A stretch of DNA of 46,725 nt from Candidatus Aenigmatarchaeota archaeon (GTDB lineage: Archaea; Aenigmatarchaeota; Aenigmatarchaeia; QMZP01; QMZT01), in assembly GCA_011772645.1 (NCBI GenBank), contig WVZE01000036.1:1-46725 (forward strand). Direction: 5' to 3'. Within the stretch, counting starts at the first letter, position 1. Every line of letters begins with the position of its first letter. Shown one piece after another: positions 33,382 through 42,441 of the stretch. Under the pieces are notes generated by a model, which made no database searches, was not told where the DNA came from, and saw only the letters and a list, made by a program, of their open reading frames with translations. The position numbers were made by a program, and so were the translations under genes.

Positions 33382-34428
33382 TTACCCGTGTCTTAATATA
33401 TACTTTAGATCGGTCAGCAGTTCTGTCTTGCTTGGATCCTTTCTGTGGAGTATCCCGAGGTAGATGCTGACGAAATTAAGCATGTACATTACGGAAAGTA
33501 TCCTCGAAAGGTCTGAATGGTAGATGCTCCGTATCTCGATCACGCTCCCCCCGGAGTTCCTGACCGCGTCCTCTGTGAACTCTATCCTCCTTTGCATTTC
33601 CCTGTCCTCCTCCCTGTCCCTTATGAAGATGACGGCAAGCATCTTCGAGAGGTTTCTGGGTGATTCCCATCCAACTATCGCGTTGTGGCTCAGTTCGGGG
33701 AAGTTATCCGAGAAGGAGTGGATTTTCGAGTTCTCATTGAACTGCGCCTTCGCACGCAAAGCGACCGCCTCGAACTTCCCGAACCCGTAAATCAGGGGGA
33801 TCTTTCTCCTGAGTTTGATCGCGATCCTCTTCGCCGGGTTGTCCTTTGTCCTGACATCCGGGGTGAGCTCGTCCCTTGTTTCCTTCAGGTTCCTGACCAC
33901 CCTCCCCAGGTCTGATCCTTCCCTGATGAACCTGATCTTTCTCAGAACAACCAGCAGGGGGAAAAAGAGATAGGCTATGGCGTATCTTGGCTGCATGCCC
34001 CCGGGGATTTTTATGAAGGGGGTTTTCTCTTCCCTGAATTCCTTTTCCAGCTTTCCTCCAGAGGTAATTCCTATCATGTTTAATTTCCTCTTCACTGCCT
34101 GCCTGAAAAGGCTCAAGGTTTCCTCTGTGTTTCCTGAATAGCTTGAAATTAAAACGAGCGAATCCTTATCCACATATCCAGGAAGGTCGTGACCCCTGAA
34201 AACCCTTATGTCGTGATCCCTCAGCCACGTCCGAAGGATATCGCCAGCTATCGCTGATCCTCCCATGCCGCAGATGCACACGGATTTGGGTTTTTTGAGC
34301 TTCAGGGTTTTTGAGAATTCCTTCCCTATCCCTATCGCTTCCTCGCACTGTTCAGGGAAATTCCTGATGGTTCCAAGTACGTTTCTCCTGTCAACTTCCA
34401 TCATCCCTACTATATCGTCCAGAATCAT
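33382..34428 (-). CDS. Bifunctional phosphoglucose/phosphomannose isomerase (SIS domain)
   Basis: CICGMGGSAIAGDI and ISSYSGNTEET SIS motifs. Length and architecture are typical of archaeal PGI/PMI. Confidence 0.75.
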   Translation of the reverse strand: MILDDIVGMMEVDRRNVLGTIRNFPEQCEEAIGIGKEFSKTLKLKKPKSVCICGMGGSAIAGDILRTWLRDHDIRVFRGHDLPGYVDKDSLVLISSYSGNTEETLSLFRQAVKRKLNMIGITSGGKLEKEFREEKTPFIKIPGGMQPRYAIAYLFFPLLVVLRKIRFIREGSDLGRVVRNLKETRDELTPDVRTKDNPAKRIAIKLRRKIPLIYGFGKFEAVALRAKAQFNENSKIHSFSDNFPELSHNAIVGWESPRNLSKMLAVIFIRDREEDREMQRRIEFTEDAVRNSGGSVIEIRSIYHSDLSRILSVMYMLNFVSIYLGILHRKDPSKTELLTDLKYILRHG

Positions 34429-35759
34429 CTCTTTATCTCCCCGAAGTTGAGATAGGGTTTCAGGACTTTCGGGATTGAAACAGAACCGTCCTTCCTCTGG
34501 TAGTTTTCAAGGATCGCCACAATCGTTCGCCCTGTTGCGATCGCCGTGGCGTTCAGGGTGTGCAGAACGAATTTCTCCCTTTTCTTGTTCACGAACTTTA
34601 CGTTCAGTTTCCTCGGCTGGTAATCCGTGCAATTCGAGCAGGAAACCACCTCCCTGAACCTACCCTGTGCAGGCATCCAGGTCTCGAGATCATATTTTAT
34701 CGAGGCGTTGTCGTTCATCTCCCCGGAACTTATGGACATGATTCTGTAGGGGAGCGAAAGTTTCTGGTGGAGGGTTTCGGTGTTCTTGATAAGTTTTTCA
34801 AACCATTCATCCGAATCCTCCGGCCTGCAGAAAACGAACTGCTCGACCTTGTCGAACTGGTGGACGCGGAAGATTCCCTTCGTGTCCTTTCCGTGTGATC
34901 CCGCCTCCCTCCGGAAGTTAGTGGAGAAACCGGCGTAGAGTTTCGGGAGGTCGCTTTCCTTGAAGGTTTCGTTCATGTGGTAGGCAGCGAGTGTTTGCTC
35001 GGCGGTTGCTATAAGAAACAGGTCTTCCTTGTCTATCTTATACAATTGGTTCTCGAAGTCGGAAAGTTCGGAAGCCCTCGCCATGGGATCCTTCCTGAGC
35101 ATGAAGGGCGTCCAGATAGGGGTGAATCCCTCCTTCACAAGGAAGTCCATCGCGAACCTTATGAGGGCGAGGTTCAGGGAAACGAGCTCGTTTTTCAGGT
35201 AAAAGAAGCGAGCACCTGAAAGCTTCGAGGCCTTCTCGGTGTCAGCGAGGTCGAGATTCCCCAGCAGGTCAACGTGACTCTTGGGAAGGAAATCAATCTC
35301 CTTGAATTTCAATCCCTTCGATTCTTTCTTGAAGTTCCCGATGTGATCCTTGAAAACCAGGGGCTCGCCCCAGGCGCGAACGAACGAATTCTCCTCCTCT
35401 GTCTTACCGACAGGGACGTTCTTGTTAAGGATGTTCCCGATTTTGTACCGGTAGAGATCACGCCTGGAAAGGTATTCCTCCGCCTTTTTATCGTTTCTTG
35501 CTATCTCGTTGTTTATCCTTTTCATCTCCAGGATTTTCTTTCTCGTGGGCTTTTTCGATTTCTTAAGCTCTGCGATTTCTTTCGAGACCACGTTTCTCTT
35601 GTGCTTGAGCTTCTCGGCCCTCTGCAGGGAAGATCTCCACTTCTTATCGAACTCCACAACCATCTCCACGTTTTTGACGTCCTTGAACCTCTTCTTTTCC
35701 GATTCCCGGACCAAGTCCGGTTTCTCCCTGAAAACTCGCATGTCAAGCATTTCGAACAC
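34425..35759 (-). CDS. serS: Seryl-tRNA synthetase (bacterial/common type)
   Basis: N-terminal coiled-coil arm, class II core with FRVHQFDKVEQF and GRTIVAILENYQ blocks. The true start may be the 4th codon (MLDMRVFREKP, ATG 35750). 4-nt overlap with the downstream PGI/PMI start. Confidence 0.9.
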   Translation of the reverse strand: MFEMLDMRVFREKPDLVRESEKKRFKDVKNVEMVVEFDKKWRSSLQRAEKLKHKRNVVSKEIAELKKSKKPTRKKILEMKRINNEIARNDKKAEEYLSRRDLYRYKIGNILNKNVPVGKTEEENSFVRAWGEPLVFKDHIGNFKKESKGLKFKEIDFLPKSHVDLLGNLDLADTEKASKLSGARFFYLKNELVSLNLALIRFAMDFLVKEGFTPIWTPFMLRKDPMARASELSDFENQLYKIDKEDLFLIATAEQTLAAYHMNETFKESDLPKLYAGFSTNFRREAGSHGKDTKGIFRVHQFDKVEQFVFCRPEDSDEWFEKLIKNTETLHQKLSLPYRIMSISSGEMNDNASIKYDLETWMPAQGRFREVVSCSNCTDYQPRKLNVKFVNKKREKFVLHTLNATAIATGRTIVAILENYQRKDGSVSIPKVLKPYLNFGEIKR

Positions 35760-35801
35760 CTATAATAATTTCTTAATGCCCAGTTTAATAAACTTTAGAA
35801 A

Positions 35802-36347
35802 TCATTCCTCTTCTTCGTAATTGACGAGCGTGAAGACCTCGTACTTCGTTAGCCTGTCCCTTCCCTTCAGAAAACCCAGCTCTATGAGTATCGCTATGCC
35901 CACGATGTTCCCTCCGAGCCTCTCAACCAGTTTCGTCGCGGCCTCCATTGTCCCGCCCGTGGCGAGCAGGTCGTCCACTATCAGGACGTTCTCCCCCTCC
36001 TTTATCGCGTCCCTGTGTATCTCGAACGCGTCCTTCGAATACTCTGTTTCGTATTCCTCCCTTATGGTCTCATGAGGGAGCTTCCCCGGCTTCCGCAGAG
36101 GGACGAAGCCCGCATGGAGTTTGTGAGCGATCACCGAGCCGAAGATGAATCCCCGGCTTTCAGCGGAAACAACCTTGTCTATCCTCTCGTCCTTGAAATG
36201 CTCCACCATCTCGCTTACCGCGTAACGGAAGCAGCGGTTATCGTTCAGAAGGGTCGTTATGTCCTTGAAGATCACGCCGTGCTTGGGGAAATGGGGTATG
36301 TCACGTATACTTGATTTAAGATCGATTTTTTCTTTCCTCTCTTCCAT
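35802..36347 (-). CDS. apt: Adenine phosphoribosyltransferase
   Basis: VLIVDDLLATGGT PRPP-binding motif and FKDITTLL near the N-terminus; ~180 aa. Confidence 0.85.
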   Translation of the reverse strand: MEERKEKIDLKSSIRDIPHFPKHGVIFKDITTLLNDNRCFRYAVSEMVEHFKDERIDKVVSAESRGFIFGSVIAHKLHAGFVPLRKPGKLPHETIREEYETEYSKDAFEIHRDAIKEGENVLIVDDLLATGGTMEAATKLVERLGGNIVGIAILIELGFLKGRDRLTKYEVFTLVNYEEEE

Positions 36348-36384
36348 AACAAATTTTTATTGTGCAGGGTTAAAAATATTTTTT

Positions 36385-37194
36385 ATGAGGATATATCTGG
36401 GCCCTGCGGGAAGTCCAGCACGCAGCACATTGGAAGGGGTGGCGAAGGTGAAGGAATTGGGACTCCACTGCATGGAGGTCCAGTTCACCCACGGGATAAA
36501 GATGGGGCTCGATCTCGCGAAAGAGATCGGGAAGGAGAGGGAGAGGGTAGGGATCGAGCTGAGCGTGCACGCCCCTTATTATATCAATCTCGCCAGCAAG
36601 GACCCGAAAAAGATTAAGGAGAGCGAACAGAGAATTCTGGATTCCTGCGAACGCGCGCATCACATGGGAGCAAAAAACGTGGTCTTCCATCCAGCTTACT
36701 TCGGAGGAAAGGACAGGGAAAGCATATACAAGATCGCGAAAGAACACATACTGGATATGATGGGGACGGTCGAAAATAGGAAGTGGGACGTTTTGATCTC
36801 TCCCGAGACCACGGGGAAGCATTCCGCCCTCGGGAGCCTGGAGGAAACGATAAGGCTTTCGAAGGAGACCGGATGTTCCCTGTGCGTGGATTTCGCTCAC
36901 CTGTTCGCAAGGAATTACGGAAGGATGGATTTTTCTGGAATTTTCGAAAAGCTCAGAACCCTTCGAAAGAAACATCTTCATTCCCACTTTTCAGGCATAG
37001 AGTACACGGCAAAGGGGGAGAAAAACCATTTGAACATGGACCACTCCCCGGATTTCAGGAAGTTCGCGAAGGTCCTGTTCAAGCAGAAATGGCTGGATTC
37101 AATAACTATTATATCTGAAAGTCCAATAACATGGAAGGACTCTCTCAAAATGAAGGATTCGCTGGCGAAGCTGGGATACAGGTGGAAGGAATGA
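36385..37194 (+). CDS. nfo: Endonuclease IV-like AP endonuclease (xylose isomerase-like TIM barrel)
   Basis: HAPYYINL, VVFHPAY, SPETTG, CVDFAHLF and HSHFS blocks match the Nfo metal-ligand pattern. Start at ATG 36385 (MRIYLGPAG) rather than the track start 36259, which overlaps apt. Confidence 0.7.
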   Translation: MRIYLGPAGSPARSTLEGVAKVKELGLHCMEVQFTHGIKMGLDLAKEIGKERERVGIELSVHAPYYINLASKDPKKIKESEQRILDSCERAHHMGAKNVVFHPAYFGGKDRESIYKIAKEHILDMMGTVENRKWDVLISPETTGKHSALGSLEETIRLSKETGCSLCVDFAHLFARNYGRMDFSGIFEKLRTLRKKHLHSHFSGIEYTAKGEKNHLNMDHSPDFRKFAKVLFKQKWLDSITIISESPITWKDSLKMKDSLAKLGYRWKE

Positions 37195-37589
37195 TCGAGA
37201 TATACACGGACGGGGCGTCCCGCGGAAACCCGGGACCCGGAGCTATCGCTTTCATAATATTCAAGGGCGAGAAAATCATAAGGAAGCACAGTCATTTTAT
37301 AGGAAAGACAACGAACAACGTCGCTGAATATCGCGCCCTCATATCTGCGCTGGAGAGGGCGAGGAAACTTTCGAAGGAAGTCCGCTTGTTCTCGGACAGC
37401 AAGTTGTTGGTCAAACAGATGAAGGGCGAGTACAAAGTGAAAAAACCCCACATAAAGGAACTCTTCGAGAAGGCGAAAACCCTCGAGGGGGGGTTCGAAA
37501 AGATCGAGTATGTCCACGTGAACAGAACTAACCCTGGAATCAAAATGGTGGATAAAATGGTGAACCAGGTTCTTGACAGAATTGTTTAA
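37191..37589 (+). CDS. rnhA: Ribonuclease HI (type 1 RNase H)
   Basis: MIEIYTDGASRGNPGPGA...NNVAEYRALI...SDSKLLVKQM is the RNase HI DEDD pattern. ATGA overlap with the nfo stop. Confidence 0.85.
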   Translation: MIEIYTDGASRGNPGPGAIAFIIFKGEKIIRKHSHFIGKTTNNVAEYRALISALERARKLSKEVRLFSDSKLLVKQMKGEYKVKKPHIKELFEKAKTLEGGFEKIEYVHVNRTNPGIKMVDKMVNQVLDRIV

Positions 37590-38272
37590 TTTTTATCAAC
37601 CAGCTTAGCCTTCTCTATCAGGTAGATTCCCCTCACCCCGTTCCACTCCTTTCTCGCCTCAAGAATTTCGATTCTTTTGTTGAATATCGGGCCGTCGAGG
37701 ACGAAGGTCTCGGCTTCGCCTCCCTCGAATCCCTTGTGGATTCCGTATTTCCTGCTTAGCTTTGCCAGATCGTTGAGAGCGGAGTGATCGAGCCTTCTCC
37801 CCAACCATTCCTCGTTCAACCCTTCCGCAGATACGGAGGTTACTATTATCTCGAAACCGGAAACTATGAGGTCCTGGAGATAATCACGCATGCTCCTCTG
37901 CCAGTGAGGGGCGAAAGATTCCAGACCGAGCTTCCTTGCGAGATCATCGATCCTCGCCTTCTGGTAACGGGATTCCAGGGCGCCGGAGACAACTCCCTGG
38001 ATTTCGGGTTTGATCGATTTCAAAACCTCCTCGAGATCCTCGAGTTCGCTTTCCTTCTCTCCCTTGGTTTTCCTGGTTATGAGTTTTATCCCCATAGCCT
38101 TCGCCTGGAGTTTGGTCCACCTGACGTTGGGGTAGTGGAACATGTACGACTCGTCGGTTTGGGGGATTATCGTGACCAAATACTTGACGTTCATTCCCCT
38201 GTTCATCGCCTTGTATATAGCGAACGTCGAGTCCTTCGCTCCTGAAAAGAGAACAGCCACATTCATTAACAA
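37586..38272 (-). CDS. Diphthine-ammonia ligase-like PP-loop ATP pyrophosphatase (MJ0570/Dph6 family)
   Basis: VAVLFSGAKDS (SGGKDS-type PP-loop) at the N-terminus and a GEAETFVLDGP block near the C-terminus. Confidence 0.7.
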   Translation of the reverse strand: MLMNVAVLFSGAKDSTFAIYKAMNRGMNVKYLVTIIPQTDESYMFHYPNVRWTKLQAKAMGIKLITRKTKGEKESELEDLEEVLKSIKPEIQGVVSGALESRYQKARIDDLARKLGLESFAPHWQRSMRDYLQDLIVSGFEIIVTSVSAEGLNEEWLGRRLDHSALNDLAKLSRKYGIHKGFEGGEAETFVLDGPIFNKRIEILEARKEWNGVRGIYLIEKAKLVDKN

Positions 38273-38312
38273 TTAATTGAAACGTTCCTCTTAAAAAGCT
38301 TGTGTGCAGAAA

Positions 38313-39086
38313 TCATTGGAGCAGGTTTTTCAATTCCCCGAGAAATGTTCCGTCCAGGAGATAAACCTTCGCCGAACCGAGCTTCTCAGATCTGACCAGC
38401 GTGCCTATCCCTGTATGATAGGTTTCGTGCGCCCTCTCGATGTCCGAGACCGGACGGTTCATCGAGATCCCCCCGGACAAACGGTTGAATCTAGGGAAGA
38501 TGATCAGTTCGGGGAGTTTCTTGGGTAGGGATTTGTATTTCTTTCCGAGCTTCTCCCTGTCGAGTTTCGCTCGAACCCATACGGGCTCGAAAAACCTGTA
38601 ACCCAGGGAATCGATGAATTCGATCTGGGGGTGTTCGTGTCCTACGAAAACGTAATCGGATTTCAGGAATTCCTGGGAAGGCCAGGTGTGGCCGTGAAAA
38701 AAGAAGCAACCGTCCGTTTTGAACCCCCTGCTTGAATGCAGACGGACGTTGTTCGGGATGAAATCCTTCAGGCCGGAATCGTGGTTTCCCGGAAGGATTT
38801 CCACCTTTATTTTGTCCCCGAAGTGTTCCAGAAATTCCGGGATCTCCCTGAGTTCCTGCCTGCTAACACCCGGGACCTTGTGCTTAACGTCCCCGAGTAT
38901 CACCAGACGTTCGGATCTGGTTTGTTTTACCAGCTCGTCCAGATCCCTTTTCATCTGTTCTGTGTTTGAGGGGATGCGAATCCCTGACTTGTAGTATTCG
39001 AACTCGATCCCTATGTGAAGGTCCGCGATCACGAGGGTTCTGCCCATTACCAGCGCGGGTCTCCCTGTCACGAATTTCTGCTCCAT
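38313..39086 (-). CDS. Calcineurin-like metallophosphoesterase
   Basis: The ordered motifs of the family are present: ADLHIG, GDVKH, GNHD, HGH and GHEH. Confidence 0.8.
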   Translation of the reverse strand: MEQKFVTGRPALVMGRTLVIADLHIGIEFEYYKSGIRIPSNTEQMKRDLDELVKQTRSERLVILGDVKHKVPGVSRQELREIPEFLEHFGDKIKVEILPGNHDSGLKDFIPNNVRLHSSRGFKTDGCFFFHGHTWPSQEFLKSDYVFVGHEHPQIEFIDSLGYRFFEPVWVRAKLDREKLGKKYKSLPKKLPELIIFPRFNRLSGGISMNRPVSDIERAHETYHTGIGTLVRSEKLGSAKVYLLDGTFLGELKNLLQ

Positions 39087-39135
39087 AGTGATTTATTCGG
39101 AGTTTATTTTTAAAATCTAACCCTAATTTTAAACC

Positions 39136-40080
39136 ATGGCCACCAAGGACGAGATCAGGGACGAGATCGAGCTCGCGCGCAAGCACTTGGAGGAGGACGT
39201 GCATAAAAGGGAACTGGAGGCGGAGGAGAGGCTGGACGAGCTGCTTTCCAAGAAAAAGATGGAGTTCTGCTCCCGCTGCGGGAGGAAGATCGATTCCAGG
39301 ATGGACTGGGGCGGGAAGTGTCTGCATGAAGGGTGTGAAGAACTCGTATGTCATGAGTGCTGGGCTTCCGAGGAGAGGAGGTTCTGCAGGAAGCACCTTA
39401 AGGAATACGTTAGGAAGGAAGGGAAGGAAGAACCGGAAGTGAAGGAGAGCAGGATGAAGAGGCTCACGCTCAGCTACATGGATTTCCTGAGGGACAGGTT
39501 TGAAAAATTCGAAAGCATGGACTGGACCCCGGAGGAGTTCATAAAGAAACCGGTATTCCAGATAAAGAACAGGAACTACGGGAAATTCAGGATCGTGGTC
39601 TACAGAAAGGGCTGGATAAGGAAGAGGCCGAAGATCGAATTCCTGGTCAGGCCGATCGAGGAGAATATCGAAGGGGTGATAAACGAATTCTTGGAAAGGG
39701 AGAAAAAAGTTCATATCATAATTGTTCTGACCGGAGATACGCCCTCCATCGATATTAAAACAAAGGATTTCGTTGAAAAGTTCAGCGACAAGAGGATTTC
39801 CCTGTTCCTGGGGGATGTTGAAATGAACCAGGTTTACTTCAATTTAAAGGAGAAGGTAACCGAGAAATACTCTTCCTGGGTTGATCCTTCCAAGGTTCCG
39901 ATGAAATTCAGGGACATGCTGGCGGAGATCGCGGAAAGCATGTCCGGAAGGAAGATCGTTTCTGCAAAGAGATTCTCAACGGAATTCGGACTGGAGAATG
40001 TAACCGGCCTGAAAATCCTGAGTGAATGCGATTTTCTGGAGGGCATAAGCGGGACGGATTGCTTCATTCTGAGGGAATGA
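39136..40080 (+). CDS. Hypothetical protein: N-terminal coiled coil, Cys-rich zinc-ribbon-like module, unknown C-terminal domain
   Basis: CSRCGRK...CLHEGCEELVCHECW...FCRKH follows an acidic coiled coil. The C-terminal ~200 aa are unrecognised. Confidence 0.5.
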   Translation: MATKDEIRDEIELARKHLEEDVHKRELEAEERLDELLSKKKMEFCSRCGRKIDSRMDWGGKCLHEGCEELVCHECWASEERRFCRKHLKEYVRKEGKEEPEVKESRMKRLTLSYMDFLRDRFEKFESMDWTPEEFIKKPVFQIKNRNYGKFRIVVYRKGWIRKRPKIEFLVRPIEENIEGVINEFLEREKKVHIIIVLTGDTPSIDIKTKDFVEKFSDKRISLFLGDVEMNQVYFNLKEKVTEKYSSWVDPSKVPMKFRDMLAEIAESMSGRKIVSAKRFSTEFGLENVTGLKILSECDFLEGISGTDCFILRE

Positions 40081-40131
40081 AATTTATAAATTAAGATTTC
40101 TTTTATATGGTATAGATCGAAGCGTACATGC

Positions 40132-40270
40132 GGTCCCGTAGCTCAGCCTGGTACCTTCGCTTCTCGCGGAGCGAGTGGGCACTTAGAGCGCACGACTGAT
40201 AACTAGCGAAAGAAGTCTATCGACTTCGTCGGATATCGTGAGGTCGCGAGTTCAAATCTCGCCGGGACCA
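40132..40270 (+). tRNA. tRNA-Ile (anticodon GAT) with two introns: about 31 nt in the D-loop (~40154-40184) and 33 nt at or near 37/38 (~40201-40233)
   Basis: Hand fold: acceptor GGTCCCG/CGGGACC plus A73. D-stem GCTC...GAGC is separated by AGCCTGGTA plus an extra ~31 nt containing the hairpin CTCGC-GGA-GCGAG. Anticodon stem CACGA/TCGTG encloses CTGATAA plus 33 extra nt. T-arm GCGAG-TTCAAAT-CTCGC. Confidence 0.7.
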
Positions 40271-40271
40271 T

Positions 40272-40949
40272 ATGAAACAGGGGGAATTTATCGAAATAGA
40301 GTATGTTGGAAGGGTTAAACTAACGAATGAGATATTCGATCTCACCTCTGAGGAACTCGCAAAGAAGGAGAATATCTACAACCCTAAACATACGTATGGA
40401 CCTGCCCTCGTGATCGTTGGATCGAACATGGTTATAAGAGGGGTGATGAAGGAGATCGAGAAGATGGAGGTGGGGGAGGAGAGACAATTCGAGGTCTCCC
40501 CGGGCGAAGGGTTCGGGATGAGGAACCCTAAAATGATAAGGGTTCTCCCCATTTCCAAGTTCATAGAGAACAAGATCAATCCGGTTCCCGGAGGTTATTT
40601 CGAGATAGACGGCATGCAGGCGAAGGTTCAGAGCGTATCCGGAGGGAGGGTGCGCGTGGACTTCAACAACCCCCTTGCGGGGAAAGATCTTGTTTACAGG
40701 CTTAAGATAGTGAGAAGGGTCGAGGGGAACAAGAACAAGGTGGGGAAATTGCTTTCGTATTACAGGATTGGTTATTCAGAGGTCAGGATAAAGGAGAGGT
40801 CGCTCGTTATAGTTTCTGAAAAACCTGTCAACCCGGTTGCGAAGAGGATGGTCACGGAGATGGCAACCAAATGGATAAAGGTGAAGAAGATCGAATTCAA
40901 AGAGAAGGGGGCAGGAACGAAAAAAAATCAAGGATTAAATAAAGTTTAA
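40272..40949 (+). CDS. FKBP-type peptidyl-prolyl cis-trans isomerase (archaeal long type with insert/C-terminal domain)
   Basis: FIEIEYVGR...FDLT...ALVIVGSNMVIRGVMKEIEKMEVGEERQFEVSPGEGFG is an FKBP core pattern. The ATG lies 2 nt after the tRNA-Ile discriminator base. Confidence 0.8.
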   Translation: MKQGEFIEIEYVGRVKLTNEIFDLTSEELAKKENIYNPKHTYGPALVIVGSNMVIRGVMKEIEKMEVGEERQFEVSPGEGFGMRNPKMIRVLPISKFIENKINPVPGGYFEIDGMQAKVQSVSGGRVRVDFNNPLAGKDLVYRLKIVRRVEGNKNKVGKLLSYYRIGYSEVRIKERSLVIVSEKPVNPVAKRMVTEMATKWIKVKKIEFKEKGAGTKKNQGLNKV

Positions 40950-40983
40950 ATAGCTTACTTCCATATTTTTTTTATAAATCTTT

Positions 40984-41005
40984 AAACTCATAATTATTTG
41001 AGTTT
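40984..41005 (+). promoter_or_regulatory. 7-bp inverted repeat between a TATA-like box and the RBS of ftsZ paralogue B
   Basis: AAACTCA taattatt TGAGTTT, read directly. TTTTATAAA lies just upstream and GGAGGGG just downstream. Confidence 0.3.
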
Positions 41006-41020
41006 CGAAGGAGGGGTAGT

Positions 41021-42136
41021 ATGGCGATGGAAAAGGGTTCCATAATTGATTCTGCTTTAGTTAGGGAGGACGTTCCAAAGGAAAAGGACACAGCGATGGA
41101 CGAGGAATTGAGAAGGATCCTCGAGTCCAGGAAAGCTGAAATAAAGGTCTGCGGCGTAGGAGGAGCCGGTGGGAATACGGTTTCTCGATTGATGCAGGTT
41201 GGTATTGTTGGCGCAGAGACCATAGGCGTGAACACAGATGCTCAGGACCTGCTCTACACGGACGCGGATATGAAAGTCCTGATAGGAAGGGAACTCACTG
41301 GTGGTTTAGGAGCTGGTGCTGATCCAAAGGTTGGTCTTGAAGCCGCAAAGGAATCGAAGGACGACATAAAGAAGGACCTGGAAGGAGCGGACATGGTCTT
41401 CATAACCTGCGGACTCGGTGGCGGAACAGGAACAGGAGCAGCCCCTATCATAGCGGATATCGCAAAGAAGGTAGGAGCCCTTACTGTTGGGGTCGTTACG
41501 CTTCCCTTCACCATGGAGGGCAAACAGAGAGGTAAGAACGCGCAGGAAGGTCTTGAAGGACTGGAGAGCGTGGCAGACACCCTTATCGTCATACCGAACG
41601 ACAAGCTTTTGGAGATCGTTCCTGACGTTTCGATAACCACTGCTTTCAAGGTAGCGGACGAGATCTTGGTGAATGCTGTTAAGGGGATAGCAGAGCTTAT
41701 CACGAAACCCGGTCTTGTTAACCTTGACTTCGCGGACATCCGGGCGGTGATGGGTTCCGGAGGAATCGCGATGATAGGGATGGGAGAGTCAGACACAGAG
41801 AACCGGGCGCTGGAATCGGTTGAGAAGTCCCTGACCAACCCTCTGCTCGATGTGGACATAGACGGGGCGACGGGAGCTCTGGTGAACGTGTCCGGAGGGG
41901 AGGACATCACGATAAAGGAGTGCCAGGAGATCGTGGAGACTGTGAGTTCCAAACTTAACCCGGACGCGAAGATAATCTGGGGAGCCCAGATCATAAAGGA
42001 ACTCGGTGACGTGATAAGATCTATGCTGATCGTGACCGGGGTGAAATCTTCCCAGATATACGGGCCTGAGAAAACCTATACAACCGAGAAAAAGAAGGAG
42101 ATAGAGAAGGTCTTAGGAATTGATTTTGTTGGGTAG
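41021..42136 (+). CDS. ftsZ: Cell division protein FtsZ (paralogue B)
   Basis: GVGGAGGN and the [12 protein letters not shown] tubulin signature; full FtsZ core. Confidence 0.9.
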   Translation: MAMEKGSIIDSALVREDVPKEKDTAMDEELRRILESRKAEIKVCGVGGAGGNTVSRLMQVGIVGAETIGVNTDAQDLLYTDADMKVLIGRELTGGLGAGADPKVGLEAAKESKDDIKKDLEGADMVFITCGLGGGTGTGAAPIIADIAKKVGALTVGVVTLPFTMEGKQRGKNAQEGLEGLESVADTLIVIPNDKLLEIVPDVSITTAFKVADEILVNAVKGIAELITKPGLVNLDFADIRAVMGSGGIAMIGMGESDTENRALESVEKSLTNPLLDVDIDGATGALVNVSGGEDITIKECQEIVETVSSKLNPDAKIIWGAQIIKELGDVIRSMLIVTGVKSSQIYGPEKTYTTEKKKEIEKVLGIDFVG

Positions 42137-42205
42137 AATCCCCCCTTTCCTTTTTTAAGTATTTATATATAAACAGTCAAAACAAGAGATATTATAAGTG
42201 GTTAG

Positions 42206-42433
42206 ATGAACATAAAGGAACTTATAAAGAACTATAGAAGGGTGATGCAGATCGCCAGGAAACCCAACAAGGAGGAGTTTCTCTCCACCGGGAAGATCTG
42301 CGCGATAGGTCTGCTCTTGATAGGGTTTATAGGATTCATCATATTCCTACCCTTCATCCTGCTGGGAGATCTCGCTCTCATAGGTTTCGTTTTTATAGCG
42401 ATAGTTCTGGCTGCCGTGCTTTTCAGGGCTTAG
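42206..42433 (+). CDS. secE: Protein translocase subunit SecE (Sec61-gamma)
   Basis: 75 aa. KNYRRVMQIARKPNKEEF is followed by a single TM. Conserved position upstream of spt5 and rpl11. Confidence 0.8.
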   Translation: MNIKELIKNYRRVMQIARKPNKEEFLSTGKICAIGLLLIGFIGFIIFLPFILLGDLALIGFVFIAIVLAAVLFRA

Positions 42434-42441
42434 GTGATTTC

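Noticed and set aside
36370-36987. 205-aa minus-strand ORF, plus the 36259 upstream extension of the plus ORF
   Set aside because: The minus ORF is antisense to the Nfo-like gene. The 36259 start would overlap the apt coding region, and ATG 36385 gives a clean family-like N-terminus.
38884-39714. 276-aa minus-strand ORF
   Set aside because: It is antisense to the 39136-40080 gene and overlaps the phosphoesterase start. The sequence is Pro/Leu/Phe-rich with no motif. Shadow ORF.
41254-41994. 246-aa minus-strand ORF
   Set aside because: It is antisense to ftsZ paralogue B, whose tubulin signature is unambiguous. The translation is Ser/Pro/Ala-rich.
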